Below are positions 10,598 to 20,227 of a DNA stretch of 64,000 bases, piece by piece; the first letter of the stretch is position 1, and the number at the start of each line of letters is the position of its first letter. Location: contig CP147780.1 of the NCBI GenBank assembly GCA_037310415.1, forward strand, positions 1,728,001 through 1,792,000, read 5' to 3'. The DNA is from Candidatus Atabeyarchaeum deiterrae (GTDB lineage: Archaea > Asgardarchaeota > Atabeyarchaeia > Atabeyarchaeales > Atabeyarchaeaceae). A model generated the notes under the pieces. That model did no database searches. It saw only the letters and a program-made list of their open reading frames with translations, and was not told the DNA's origin. The translations under genes were made by a program, and so were the position numbers.

Positions 10598-10673
10598 TAA
10601 TGTAAGATGCGTGGCCATTGTCGTTTCGCTTCAGATGGACAGAATCCTAGCTCAGACATGGGAGGAGAAAGGG

Positions 10674-13079
10674 TTGTCTGCAAATGTCGATCCCAGTACA
10701 AATGGTGAGGACACTACTATTGGCGTGTTCATTTGTCATTGTGGAGGAAACATTAGTGATACTGTTGACGTGCAAAAGGTCAAGGATGCAATAAAGGGCA
10801 TGAATGGTGTCGCCCTAGTAGAAACCTACGAATACATGTGCAGCAAGCCTGGGCTTCAACTTATCAAAGATGCAATCACCAAGCATGTCATAAACCGCGT
10901 CGTTGAGGCTTCTTGTTCGCCTCTGATGCACCTCAATACGTTTAGGAGCGCTGTACAGGAAGCGGGGCTAAATCCGTACTTGCTTGAGATGGTTAACATC
11001 CGCGAGCACTGCAGTTGGGTCCACAAAGACAAGAATGCCGCCACTGCGAAAGCAATTGATATTATTCGCGGGGCTGTCGAGAGGGCACGCTATCTGCAAC
11101 CTTTGGAGCCTAAGAAAGAAGCTGTCGATCAGAATATTATGGTAATCGGTGGTGGGGTCGCGGGAATCTTCGCTTCGCTCGAGTTGGCGAACAAGGGGTA
11201 CAAGGTTTTCCTTGTCGATAGAGCTCCGAGTATAGGCGGACACATGATGCAGCTCAGCAAAACGTTTCCAACCCTTGACTGTTCTACATGTATCCTGGCT
11301 CCTAGAATGGTCGATGTCGGCCAGCACCCGAACATTTCCATAATAACACTCGCTGAACCTCTTTCCCTGAAAGGCTCACCAGGCAACTATGAGGTTACTT
11401 TGAGAAGGAAACCACGATACGTAGATGAAAAGAACTGCGCTTCCTGTGGAGAATGTTCGAAAGTCTGCCCAGGGAAAGCGCCTAACGAGTTTGAAGCTGG
11501 AATGTATGAGCGCAAGGCAATCTACATTCCTTTTGCTCAGGCTATTCCAAGCTCATATGTGATAGATGCCGAGCACTGTCTTCGCTTGCAGAAGGGAATA
11601 TGTGGCGTTTGCGCGAAGAAATGCAAGAGGGGCGCAATTGACTTTGACGACAAGGAAAGAACGGAGGCACTAAAAGTCGGGGCAATAGTTGTCGCCACAG
11701 GCTACGACTTGATGGACCCATCAAAGTTCGGTGAGTTGGGTTACGGAACCCACCCAGACATTGTGACAAGCCTACAGTTCGAGCGATTGTTCCTAAAGGG
11801 GTTGGTGAAACCTTCGAACAACAAGGTTCCAAAGAAAGTTGCATTCGTGCTCTGCGTTGGTAGCAGAAGTCCTGAGCGAGGAGTGCCCTACTGTAGCAAG
11901 ATCTGTTGCATGACTGGAATCAAACAAGCTTTCCTGTTCAAGGAGATGGTTCCAGGAGCCGAACCTTGGATATTCTACACAGACATGAGAGCGGCAGGCA
12001 AATGGTATGAAGAGTTTTATGCGCGGGCAAGAGAGGAAGGTGTAAGATTCGTTAGAGGCAGGGTAGCAGAGGTCGTCCCGCTAACGGATAACAGTAACAG
12101 GTTGATTGTCCGCGCTGAGGACACCCTGCTTGGGGCGCAGCTTGAGGACAACTTCGACATGGTGGTAATAAGTCCTGCAATACTTCCAAGTTCAGGTACC
12201 CCCGAAGTGGCCAACCTGCTGGGCATCCAGAGAGGACCTGACGGTTTTCTGCTCGAGAAACACTACAAGTTGGAGCCAGTTGATAGCACGCAAGGAGGAA
12301 TCTTCATCTGCGGCTCTTCGCTGGGACCAAAAGACGTTAGGGAGAGCACCTTGGAAGCTATGGCCGCGGCATCTCGAGTCACAACGTTCATTGGCAAAGG
12401 TGAGACAACGATAAGCCCTGAGAAGGTTTTCTTGGATTCCGAGAAGTGCGATGGATGTGGCCTCTGCATAGAGGCTTGCCCCGTAAGAGCAATAGTGAAA
12501 GCAGAGGGCAATGGAACCAGTGTCGTACTAAACTCAGTTTCTTGCGTTGGATGCGGGATATGCGTCCCTGTATGCACGAAAGAAGCGCTTGATTTGAACA
12601 ACTGCACTGAACAACAACTCATGGCTCGCATAGCTGGCATATCCTCGGGAAGCGTTTCGCCAAAGTTGATTGCCTTCACTGATAGAAAAACTGGCTACAA
12701 AGCTACTGACATGTACGGTATGGATAGAAGAAGCTACCCACACAATGTTCTGATCGTTGACATTCCATCTGCAGGACGCGTGGGACTGAGGCATCTTGTT
12801 CAAGCTTTCGCGTCTGGCGCCGATGGAGTGCTCTTTGTAGAAGGAGAAGATAGCATCATGGGAATGAGCAAATTCAGGGAACATGTTAACAACCTGCGCC
12901 GGCAAGCCGCCGACCTAATCGGAGTGAAAGCGGGTCGGATCTCAACCGTATCAGTCACGCTTCCTCAATACTACAAGCTAGAGGCATTTAATACTCTTGG
13001 TGAAAGGATCATCAAGATGGGACCCCTAGAACCCGAAGTCAGGTCAAAAGCCAAGGAGGTACTTAAACAGATTGCCTAA
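10674..13079 (+). CDS. hdrA: Heterodisulfide reductase subunit A with fused degenerate MvhD-like domain
   Basis: GVFICHCGGNI, NIREHCSWVH, IGGGVAG, KTFPTLDCSTC, CSKICC, several CxxCxxCxxxC; C-terminal MvhD-like AF.SGADGV; start set at TTG after GGAGG. Confidence 0.95.
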   Translation: MSANVDPSTNGEDTTIGVFICHCGGNISDTVDVQKVKDAIKGMNGVALVETYEYMCSKPGLQLIKDAITKHVINRVVEASCSPLMHLNTFRSAVQEAGLNPYLLEMVNIREHCSWVHKDKNAATAKAIDIIRGAVERARYLQPLEPKKEAVDQNIMVIGGGVAGIFASLELANKGYKVFLVDRAPSIGGHMMQLSKTFPTLDCSTCILAPRMVDVGQHPNISIITLAEPLSLKGSPGNYEVTLRRKPRYVDEKNCASCGECSKVCPGKAPNEFEAGMYERKAIYIPFAQAIPSSYVIDAEHCLRLQKGICGVCAKKCKRGAIDFDDKERTEALKVGAIVVATGYDLMDPSKFGELGYGTHPDIVTSLQFERLFLKGLVKPSNNKVPKKVAFVLCVGSRSPERGVPYCSKICCMTGIKQAFLFKEMVPGAEPWIFYTDMRAAGKWYEEFYARAREEGVRFVRGRVAEVVPLTDNSNRLIVRAEDTLLGAQLEDNFDMVVISPAILPSSGTPEVANLLGIQRGPDGFLLEKHYKLEPVDSTQGGIFICGSSLGPKDVRESTLEAMAAASRVTTFIGKGETTISPEKVFLDSEKCDGCGLCIEACPVRAIVKAEGNGTSVVLNSVSCVGCGICVPVCTKEALDLNNCTEQQLMARIAGISSGSVSPKLIAFTDRKTGYKATDMYGMDRRSYPHNVLIVDIPSAGRVGLRHLVQAFASGADGVLFVEGEDSIMGMSKFREHVNNLRRQAADLIGVKAGRISTVSVTLPQYYKLEAFNTLGERIIKMGPLEPEVRSKAKEVLKQIA

Positions 13080-13674
13080 CGACCGCAACGAAGGAGCAGC
13101 ATCAACAACTGATAGAGATGCGAGGAGAGACGTCACCACGCGCACACTGAAGAGGATCACGCCTGACCAGATTGACTCCAACTTCATGGAAGAAGTATCA
13201 AAGATGCCCGATGGGGACAAAATACATTCATGCTTCCAGTGCGGCGTATGCAGCGGCTCATGCCCTGTAGCCTTCGCAATGGACTACACTCCGAGGCAGA
13301 TCTCGGAAATGATACACATAGGACTGAAAGAGGAGGTTCTCTCAAGCGCAACAATATGGCTTTGCAGCACATGCTACATGTGCTATGAGAGATGCCCGCA
13401 GGGAGTCAAGCTAACCGACGTATTCAATGCCATCAAAAACAGGGCCGTAGAAGACAGCTACCCTGTTCCACAGGTTTACGCCAGAATGACAAGACAGCTC
13501 CTGAAGAATGGGTTCGTTTACGATATGGAGTCCATGAATGACGAAAGAGAGGCACTCGGCTTGCCAAAAGTAGAGGTAGTGAGACCTGAGATTCTGGCAG
13601 CTGAACTCAAAGGAACACTGATTCACAAACTACTGGAGGAGAAGAAAGAAGAGAATAAGGAGGAGGTCGCATGA
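13072..13674 (+). CDS. hdrC: Heterodisulfide reductase subunit C
   Basis: CFQCGVCSGSCP and WLCSTCYMCYERCP. Confidence 0.95.
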   Translation: MPNDRNEGAASTTDRDARRDVTTRTLKRITPDQIDSNFMEEVSKMPDGDKIHSCFQCGVCSGSCPVAFAMDYTPRQISEMIHIGLKEEVLSSATIWLCSTCYMCYERCPQGVKLTDVFNAIKNRAVEDSYPVPQVYARMTRQLLKNGFVYDMESMNDEREALGLPKVEVVRPEILAAELKGTLIHKLLEEKKEENKEEVA

Positions 13675-13678
13675 AAAC

Positions 13679-14587
13679 ATGAAGAGCGAGACAATTGTTC
13701 CAGGGCTCAAAGATCAGGACCACCGATACTCGCTATTCATAGGTTGCACAATCCCAGTCAGAGAAAACAACTATGAGATCTCAACTCGTGCAGTTGCATC
13801 CTCTCTCGGCATTGAAATAGTTGAGATCCCAGGTCAGTCTTGTTGTGGTTTACCATACCGTTCAATTGACTACAATGCTTGGCTGACGCTGGCAGCTAGG
13901 AACCTTGCGATAGTCACTAAGTTAGATCTTCCTCCAATAATGGTCCTATGCAATGGTTGCTTCAAATCCCTTCTGACTGCATCAAAAGAACTTAAAGAGA
14001 ACGCATCTCTGAGGGAGGATGTTACGAAGAGGCTCTCAATTGAAGACCTGAAGCCTAACGGAGCAGAAAAAGTCAAACATGTTGCCCAAATTCTCCACGA
14101 CGAATATGGTGTCGAAAATGTCAAAAAACATGTGAAGAAACCCCTTGCGAACCTTAAGGTAGCGATCCACCCTGGTTGTCACATAGCGATGCCATCAAAG
14201 ATAATTAACTTCGACAACCCTGCGTTCCTAAGAAAGCTCGACGGACTTGTCAAAGTGACTGGAGCGCAAGTAGTCGAATACGAGGAAAAGAGGCTTTGCT
14301 GCGGAGCCACAATAGTAGGCATAAAAGAAGATGTGTCAAAGGCTCTCGTTAGGAGGAAAATTGAGAACATTACAGGAAGAGTCGACGCATTGATCACGTT
14401 CTGCCCGATCTGCCACTCAACTTATGACGTTCAGCAACTTGACGTCTTCACTTCTGAAAGACAGAAGCAGGTTCCGGTGCTACACTTTACGCAATTGCTT
14501 GGACTAGCAATGGGGTTGCCCTCTGAGAAGCTTGGTTTTGACTTGAATCGTGTCGATGTCTCGGAAACACTCAGAAAGGTGAGCTAG
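13679..14587 (+). CDS. hdrB: Heterodisulfide reductase subunit B
   Basis: Two CCG domains: GC..SCCG..CNGC and HPGCH..LCCG..CPIC. Confidence 0.95.
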   Translation: MKSETIVPGLKDQDHRYSLFIGCTIPVRENNYEISTRAVASSLGIEIVEIPGQSCCGLPYRSIDYNAWLTLAARNLAIVTKLDLPPIMVLCNGCFKSLLTASKELKENASLREDVTKRLSIEDLKPNGAEKVKHVAQILHDEYGVENVKKHVKKPLANLKVAIHPGCHIAMPSKIINFDNPAFLRKLDGLVKVTGAQVVEYEEKRLCCGATIVGIKEDVSKALVRRKIENITGRVDALITFCPICHSTYDVQQLDVFTSERQKQVPVLHFTQLLGLAMGLPSEKLGFDLNRVDVSETLRKVS

Positions 14588-14629
14588 TTGCTTTCTCTAC
14601 TCTTTTGATGAGATCTGATTGGAAGCAGT

Positions 14630-14875
14630 TTTCTTGGTCAGCACCAACGTGAAAATCGAAGACATCAGACCACGAGAAGAAAACGGGGTCGGCCTAGTTG
14701 ACGTCCCAAGAGGGACGCGGATCCACAACTACAGAACAAAAGAAGAATGCATCCTCAACAATGCAAGTCATATTAACCCCCACGACCAACAAAGTCGGAT
14801 CAATAAACAAATCTCTGAAGGCGACTTCATGAGATCATTGCCGCTTAAGATCCTCTGCCTGCTTACCTATGGATA
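14630..14875 (+). pseudogene. Decayed 3' remnant of a group-3 [NiFe]-hydrogenase large subunit (MvhA-like)
   Basis: GVGLVDVPRGTRIHNY in one frame, PTTNKVGSINKSLKA in the next, then EIIAA*DP followed by TGC CTG; matches EAPRG.L.H.Y...PT..N...IN...AYDPCL with frameshifts and a stop. Confidence 0.8.
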
Positions 14876-14903
14876 TCATGCAGGGTTCTCAGGAAGAGTT
14901 GGG

Positions 14904-15854
14904 TTAGCCGACTTTGCCGATTAGGCGCTCACCATTCTTGTAGAATAACTTCTCCTTGGTTTCAGTGTCGTCTCCGACAGCTTTGTTAATTATGTTTATT
15001 TGTGGCTCCTGAAGCGCGAAGGGAAAGTCAGAACCGTAGAGCATGCGGTCTGATCCGATTTTTTTCAATGCTTCCTGAATTCCTTCAACTGGCTGTAGAG
15101 TGCAGTCAACATGGGCATTCTTATACTTCTCCGCTAGCGCTAGCGCTTCATCCCTCTGTGTTGCTTGTCCCATGTGTCCCAATATGAAGTCTATCTCTGG
15201 AAACTTTGAGATGATCTCCTCGAAATTCTCCACACGGGCGAGACGTCTCCGCTCTTCACTCTGATACACGTAGTAGGTACTTTCCCCAGTGTGGAACAGA
15301 ACGGGGCGATGGTATTTCTTGTACTCCTCCATGAGTTCTTGGACTGATGGGTCAAATGGATGGACGCCCTGAATGATTGGGTGAAGCTTCAAACCACGGC
15401 AGCCACCCTTCATATACCGCTGAAGTTTCTCCACAGCTCTGGGGTCCTTTGGGTGCACCGAAGCGAAGGTTAGAATATTCTTGTGTTTCTTGCAGATCTC
15501 AAGGCTTGTCTCAGTCTGTACCAACGGCTCGATTGGGAGGAGAACGCTGTAGTCAATATGATTCTTCCTCATCGCACTCAAGAGATTCTCTAATGTTCCT
15601 GCATTGTTTTTTTCTTGGTTGAAAACTGCTTCAAGGATCCTCATTCCGCGCTCACCCAGAGCCATCATTCCATCAATATACTTGGTCATCTCTGGGGTAA
15701 TCGTTTCCTGCATTCTTCCCAAGTCAAATTCTGACTTCTCATAGAAGTAAGCCCAGTCTGGGATTTGGTTGTAGGGTTCGTAAGACTCGTATGGAAAGAC
15801 TGGTCTTCCAAAGATAACGTCCCCAACGTGGGTGTGAATGTCGATTATCTTCAT
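14904..15854 (-). CDS. Amidohydrolase_2-family metallohydrolase
   Basis: DIHTH, GLKLHP, FHTG, LGHMG, YGSDFP. Confidence 0.92.
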   Translation of the reverse strand: MKIIDIHTHVGDVIFGRPVFPYESYEPYNQIPDWAYFYEKSEFDLGRMQETITPEMTKYIDGMMALGERGMRILEAVFNQEKNNAGTLENLLSAMRKNHIDYSVLLPIEPLVQTETSLEICKKHKNILTFASVHPKDPRAVEKLQRYMKGGCRGLKLHPIIQGVHPFDPSVQELMEEYKKYHRPVLFHTGESTYYVYQSEERRRLARVENFEEIISKFPEIDFILGHMGQATQRDEALALAEKYKNAHVDCTLQPVEGIQEALKKIGSDRMLYGSDFPFALQEPQINIINKAVGDDTETKEKLFYKNGERLIGKVG

Positions 15855-15866
15855 TTCAGATTTCCC

Positions 15867-17174
15867 CTAGCTTAGATGATCGCGGCTTTGGAATGATATC
15901 AATCTCTTAGCTCTTTTAAGAGAATGGGTTTGTCGGCTTTTCTTCGCCACCCGGCCCTTTTTCCTGCTCCTTATACCGTATATGGTGACAGGACAAACCA
16001 CAATCCCAACTCTTGTGATCGCTGCAGCTATAATCGTTAGGGTATACATTGAGACTGCGGCTTCTGTCGAGACTACTCCTGAAGCTGTCAAAAGAAATGA
16101 CTGCATAAAGCCTTCTCTGTCAACTATGTCGCTAGCCATTATCCCCGTGTGAAAGACTGTTCCATTGACATACCTGTGCTGGTAGGCCGCGATTGGTTGC
16201 CCAGGGAACTCACTAGGATCCACAAGATGCCAATAACCTATCACTTCGGTATTTGTGAAATTCTGCAACATGTTTTCCTCATGGGAACTGTAGCTGGTAG
16301 AAATGCTCTCTCCAAACTTGTCCCTAAGATAAATGCTAATCGGGTGTGAAGTGCAGGTCACGAAAAAGTCATAATGTGTACCAGTCCAGTATTTCCAAAA
16401 GTTGCTACCAACCCAGTTAGCATTCTCTTCGGGCCACCTCGCATAGACGGATTTCCAAGCATGCGTACCATTGAACTCCCACCCATGACCCTTAACTAAG
16501 CTCAGATAACCTGGCTGACTGGGTGACGCCGGCGGATAGTATCTCACTTCCGCCAAGAAGTTGCATGCATCCATGATTACTAGTCTCCCACCTGTCGCAA
16601 CGAACTCCTTGTAAGCGAAATACTCTTCGCTCGTGACGTATTCGGTGAATCCTAGTATCAAAACATCATAGATTCTTCTGCCATTTCTGAAAAGTCCACC
16701 CGCTGCAACATTGATCTCATCTATTATGGTGAACGTTTTGTCAATGATCAAACCTTGTTCGCTTGCCTTGCTACTGAATAGGAAATCTGATAGTGCACTG
16801 CTATAACCCCATCCGAACTTGACCGTGACATTAAGATAATTGAGGTCTGTTGTGATGTACTCCTGGCCAGAAGAACCATATTTAGCGTAGAAAACGTAGA
16901 AAGCATTGGAGTAAGCTGTATCTGAGAAAATCGGTTGAACAACCGCAATCTTCGGAGGCCCGTCGTTTATCTCCGGTCCGAGTCCCTCGAAACCCAAAGC
17001 AGATCCAAGCGAAAGAATGGGTTTGGCTTCCCCGGCAATTGAGTTCGCAGCAGTTGGTACCACAGGAACAGATGTGAAAATGATGTATACTATGAGCAGA
17101 GCTGTCGCGAACCCCCTCCCAGTTACCCACATGATCTTCACATCTCGTGAAGGATTCTCGCGTCTTGCCAACAA
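15867..17174 (-). CDS. Exported, C-terminally anchored protein with N,N-dimethylformamidase beta-like domain
   Basis: Signal-like N-terminus, TAYSN, EYVTSEEY...GGRLV...NFLAEVRY, C-terminal TM plus basic tail. Confidence 0.65.
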   Translation of the reverse strand: MLARRENPSRDVKIMWVTGRGFATALLIVYIIFTSVPVVPTAANSIAGEAKPILSLGSALGFEGLGPEINDGPPKIAVVQPIFSDTAYSNAFYVFYAKYGSSGQEYITTDLNYLNVTVKFGWGYSSALSDFLFSSKASEQGLIIDKTFTIIDEINVAAGGLFRNGRRIYDVLILGFTEYVTSEEYFAYKEFVATGGRLVIMDACNFLAEVRYYPPASPSQPGYLSLVKGHGWEFNGTHAWKSVYARWPEENANWVGSNFWKYWTGTHYDFFVTCTSHPISIYLRDKFGESISTSYSSHEENMLQNFTNTEVIGYWHLVDPSEFPGQPIAAYQHRYVNGTVFHTGIMASDIVDREGFMQSFLLTASGVVSTEAAVSMYTLTIIAAAITRVGIVVCPVTIYGIRSRKKGRVAKKSRQTHSLKRAKRLISFQSRDHLS

Positions 17175-17202
17175 CTGATTACCTTCGAATCATATTCTCT
17201 TA

Positions 17203-17805
17203 TTACTTTCTAGGCTTGCTGACAAGGAGGCACACTGCTCCCATGATTCCAGCCGCAATTGCCACTGCATATGCAAGAACAGTCATGAGCAGAAACAGTA
17301 TCCCTCCGACTATGTAGACGGTCCCAGTCGCAGGCCAGAATGAATCAAGCAGGAGCGCGCTGCGCCCGTCTACAAGAAACAGACCTATCGATACCATCGT
17401 GCAACCCAATAGGAAATCGATCGCCATTATGAGAAATTGCCCAGTTGGATTAGGCACGTAGAGGTACTCAGAGAAGTAGAAATAAGTAGTCCACAAGACA
17501 CCGTTAACTGCAGAATAGGCAACGACACACAGAAACAAACCCGCTAGCGCCGTGAATGTTCCAAATATGGTTCCCAACGTGCCCATCGGGTCACGTTTCA
17601 AACTGAGAGAGGCTCTTCTCGTGTAAAACATGAATAGTACCGCAGAAACTAGAAGAATTGCATAGAGCCCTACACCTAGCGATATAAATACAGTGAAGGA
17701 AAGGCCAAGTAAATTCTGCACGATGGCCAAGAAGGCGAAGACCCCAAGAAGCAATTGGCTTACGGCGCCTGAAATGTTCCCCTTTTCAGCCATTCTATTG
17801 GACAT
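17203..17805 (-). CDS. Hypothetical membrane protein (paralogue of 19054-19701)
   Basis: About 6 TM; shares EY.Y.PN..G, W..TG..Y and AGI.GA..LL..KPRK with its paralogue. Confidence 0.75.
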   Translation of the reverse strand: MSNRMAEKGNISGAVSQLLLGVFAFLAIVQNLLGLSFTVFISLGVGLYAILLVSAVLFMFYTRRASLSLKRDPMGTLGTIFGTFTALAGLFLCVVAYSAVNGVLWTTYFYFSEYLYVPNPTGQFLIMAIDFLLGCTMVSIGLFLVDGRSALLLDSFWPATGTVYIVGGILFLLMTVLAYAVAIAAGIMGAVCLLVSKPRK

Positions 17806-18352
17806 GGTTATGCAACACGCCCTGCAAAGTTGCCTAAGAGTCCCCCGTAGTAGTAGACATATTTGGAGGAAGATGGATATTAACATGGTTCCAGGATAAG
17901 AATAAGAGAAATCGCCTATGGAGCTGGAAATAAGCCAGAGATCATGTCAGTAACTTTAGCATTCGCTGTGCGTTCATCAATATATTCGTAGCGATAGCGG
18001 AAAGCTTCCCGAAACGATAAATGGACTATATTTATCGAGAAAAAGCAATTTGGACGTATATGAACGCGGATAGAAGAAAAAGACGAGATCTCATTTGTTG
18101 GCTATTCGAGAATAGACCACAGAAAGGCTCTGCACCTAATCAGTCTAAATAGAAAAGAGGAAACAGCGATTTTCTTGGAAGGGTACAACTTAGAAACGAA
18201 CACAAGATAGCGAAAGCAAGGTTGTTACGGGAGTCGTTGGGCTTGGTCCGATGGGACGATATCAAAGGCAAACTGAAAAACCCAAGATCACAACTGGCTT
18301 CCGAAATGAACAATCCATGCAAGAGGCAAAGGCAGAACTTCTCAAAAGGAGT

Positions 18353-19042
18353 TCAACCACGGAGGATCTCTAGCATTCTAACCGCATTCTTTCTCATATT
18401 TGAGTCGTTGTTGAAGTAGACGTAAGCCTTCTTAGGCTTCATTGCCAGAATTTTCTGCTTTATTTCTGCCAACTCTTTGTCGGTGTAGTTGTGTGAGTAC
18501 CATGAGTTCCTTCCGTGTATTCTTTCATACACGATTCCACTCGTATTGAACACGTCGAGGGGGAAATCTGGACTATCAATGCTTACCCAAGTAATGCCCA
18601 GTCTCTTCGCCCACTCGATCCATTTTTCGCTGAACCAATCCGTGTTCCTCACCTCCAGGGCGAACTTGTTACCTAGTTCGGACCTCTTCGCGAATGTTTC
18701 GAGCTTTGGTGCCATGGATGCTTTCATTGCTGGTGGAAGCTGAAACAAGTAGAAATCAATACTCGCTTCCAGAGGTCTGAAGAGTTCGACGAATTTCTGC
18801 CATATCGAGAAGCTGCGCTCACTGAATTTGAATTGATGTGTGATCAAGCGGTTCACCTTTATTGTCCATCTCAACCTCGCTCCCTTCGTTGCCCAAGACT
18901 TCACCTGATTTGGAAAGGGGAACCTATAGAAACTCGCGTTCAACTCCACCGAATTGAGACCAGAGTTCTCCAGAAACCAGTCAAGACTACCTCCTTTATT
19001 CCAAGAATACATCCATCCGGAGGTGCCAACAAAAACCTGCAT
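18353..19042 (-). CDS. DUF72 (YecE-like) protein
   Basis: VGTSGW.Y, SVELNASFYR.P, LFQLPP, ALEVRN, RIHGR, YFNND. Confidence 0.95.
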   Translation of the reverse strand: MQVFVGTSGWMYSWNKGGSLDWFLENSGLNSVELNASFYRFPFPNQVKSWATKGARLRWTIKVNRLITHQFKFSERSFSIWQKFVELFRPLEASIDFYLFQLPPAMKASMAPKLETFAKRSELGNKFALEVRNTDWFSEKWIEWAKRLGITWVSIDSPDFPLDVFNTSGIVYERIHGRNSWYSHNYTDKELAEIKQKILAMKPKKAYVYFNNDSNMRKNAVRMLEILRG

Positions 19043-19053
19043 AGCTTAAGCTA

Positions 19054-19701
19054 TCATTCCTCATTGCTTTTCAGATAAGCGGATGGAGGTAAAGGATGCT
19101 CCCATTGTTTCCTGGGTTTGCCCAGGAGAAGACTCAGTGCTCCCAGTATTCCTGCAGGAATCAAAGCATAATAAGATACGGTGTTCAGAAGCAGACTCAA
19201 CGAGAACACTGCAGCAAACATGTAGGCTAATCCAGTGAAAGTCCAAAGCGGTCTGGGAAACAGATATTCGCCATAGTTAATGAAGAACGCTCCTATGAAT
19301 GCCAATGCAAAACCCATGACAAAATAACTCATGTATGTCAAAAGCAGACCAAACATGTTAGGGAAATAGAAGTATTCATCAATATAGTGGAACGTTGTCC
19401 CCCAGTAATACCATGTGCCAGATGGCGCGATACCGTATATGTACAGACCGATCAATGCGGCGAGAATCGCGCAAACCCCTCCAATGGTACCTGCGGCATT
19501 ATACTTGTATTCCCTAGATATTTTCTTTGATGCCAGCATTGTCAATACTCCGAAGCCCAGAAACAGCAAGTTGACGGCTATCCCCCACATGATGAATAGC
19601 GAGAAGGGTATTACCATTAATGGTGTCCAGAGGCTCGAGACGCAAAAGGCAACGAGGAGTACTTGGGCAATTATGCCTGCGACAATCTCTTTCTCAAGCA
19701 T
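19054..19701 (-). CDS. Hypothetical membrane protein (paralogue of 17203-17805)
   Basis: About 6 TM, shared motifs with its paralogue. Confidence 0.8.
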   Translation of the reverse strand: MLEKEIVAGIIAQVLLVAFCVSSLWTPLMVIPFSLFIMWGIAVNLLFLGFGVLTMLASKKISREYKYNAAGTIGGVCAILAALIGLYIYGIAPSGTWYYWGTTFHYIDEYFYFPNMFGLLLTYMSYFVMGFALAFIGAFFINYGEYLFPRPLWTFTGLAYMFAAVFSLSLLLNTVSYYALIPAGILGALSLLLGKPRKQWEHPLPPSAYLKSNEE

Positions 19702-20227
19702 GGCATCGCTTCGCCTTCCACGATCAACCCGTCGCTGTAAAATTCAATTAAGCGCAGGAGAAACTACATAACATATTTGCCATGCTGCTTAAATCTTGTT
19801 GTCTGTTTCTGATCACGTTATAAATGGTTGTGCAGAAATGATGACTTAGTAGGATATTGTCCGACCCTGAACTCAAAATCCGCTCGGCTGAAGAAAAATC
19901 AAGGATCAGCGGGCTATCCAGACCTAGTGTTTCGGACGAGGGATCAAGATCTTATTGCTCTGCTTTCCGACCCAAGTTCATAGATGAAGCGTGGCTCCTA
20001 CAAAGATTTAAGGTTAGTATACTGCTAACACCTGTCATTTGGCAGCTGCCAACAATGAAGAAGAGATAAGTCAGTCTGAGTGCAATTACGGGTCCCTTTC
20101 CGAACAATTGGGTGAGCTTGTATAACAATTCGTTCAATGTTTGCCAGATGCGTATGAAACATTGCTACGGGAGATGGCGTGACTAACGCGAAGACCACTT
20201 GCAATCACGGCGCTTTCAAGCCTTGCA

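Noticed and set aside
17990-18340. Purine-rich intergenic stretch resembling decayed coding sequence (AIFLEGY)
   Set aside because: Multiple stops and no motif specific enough to assign a family
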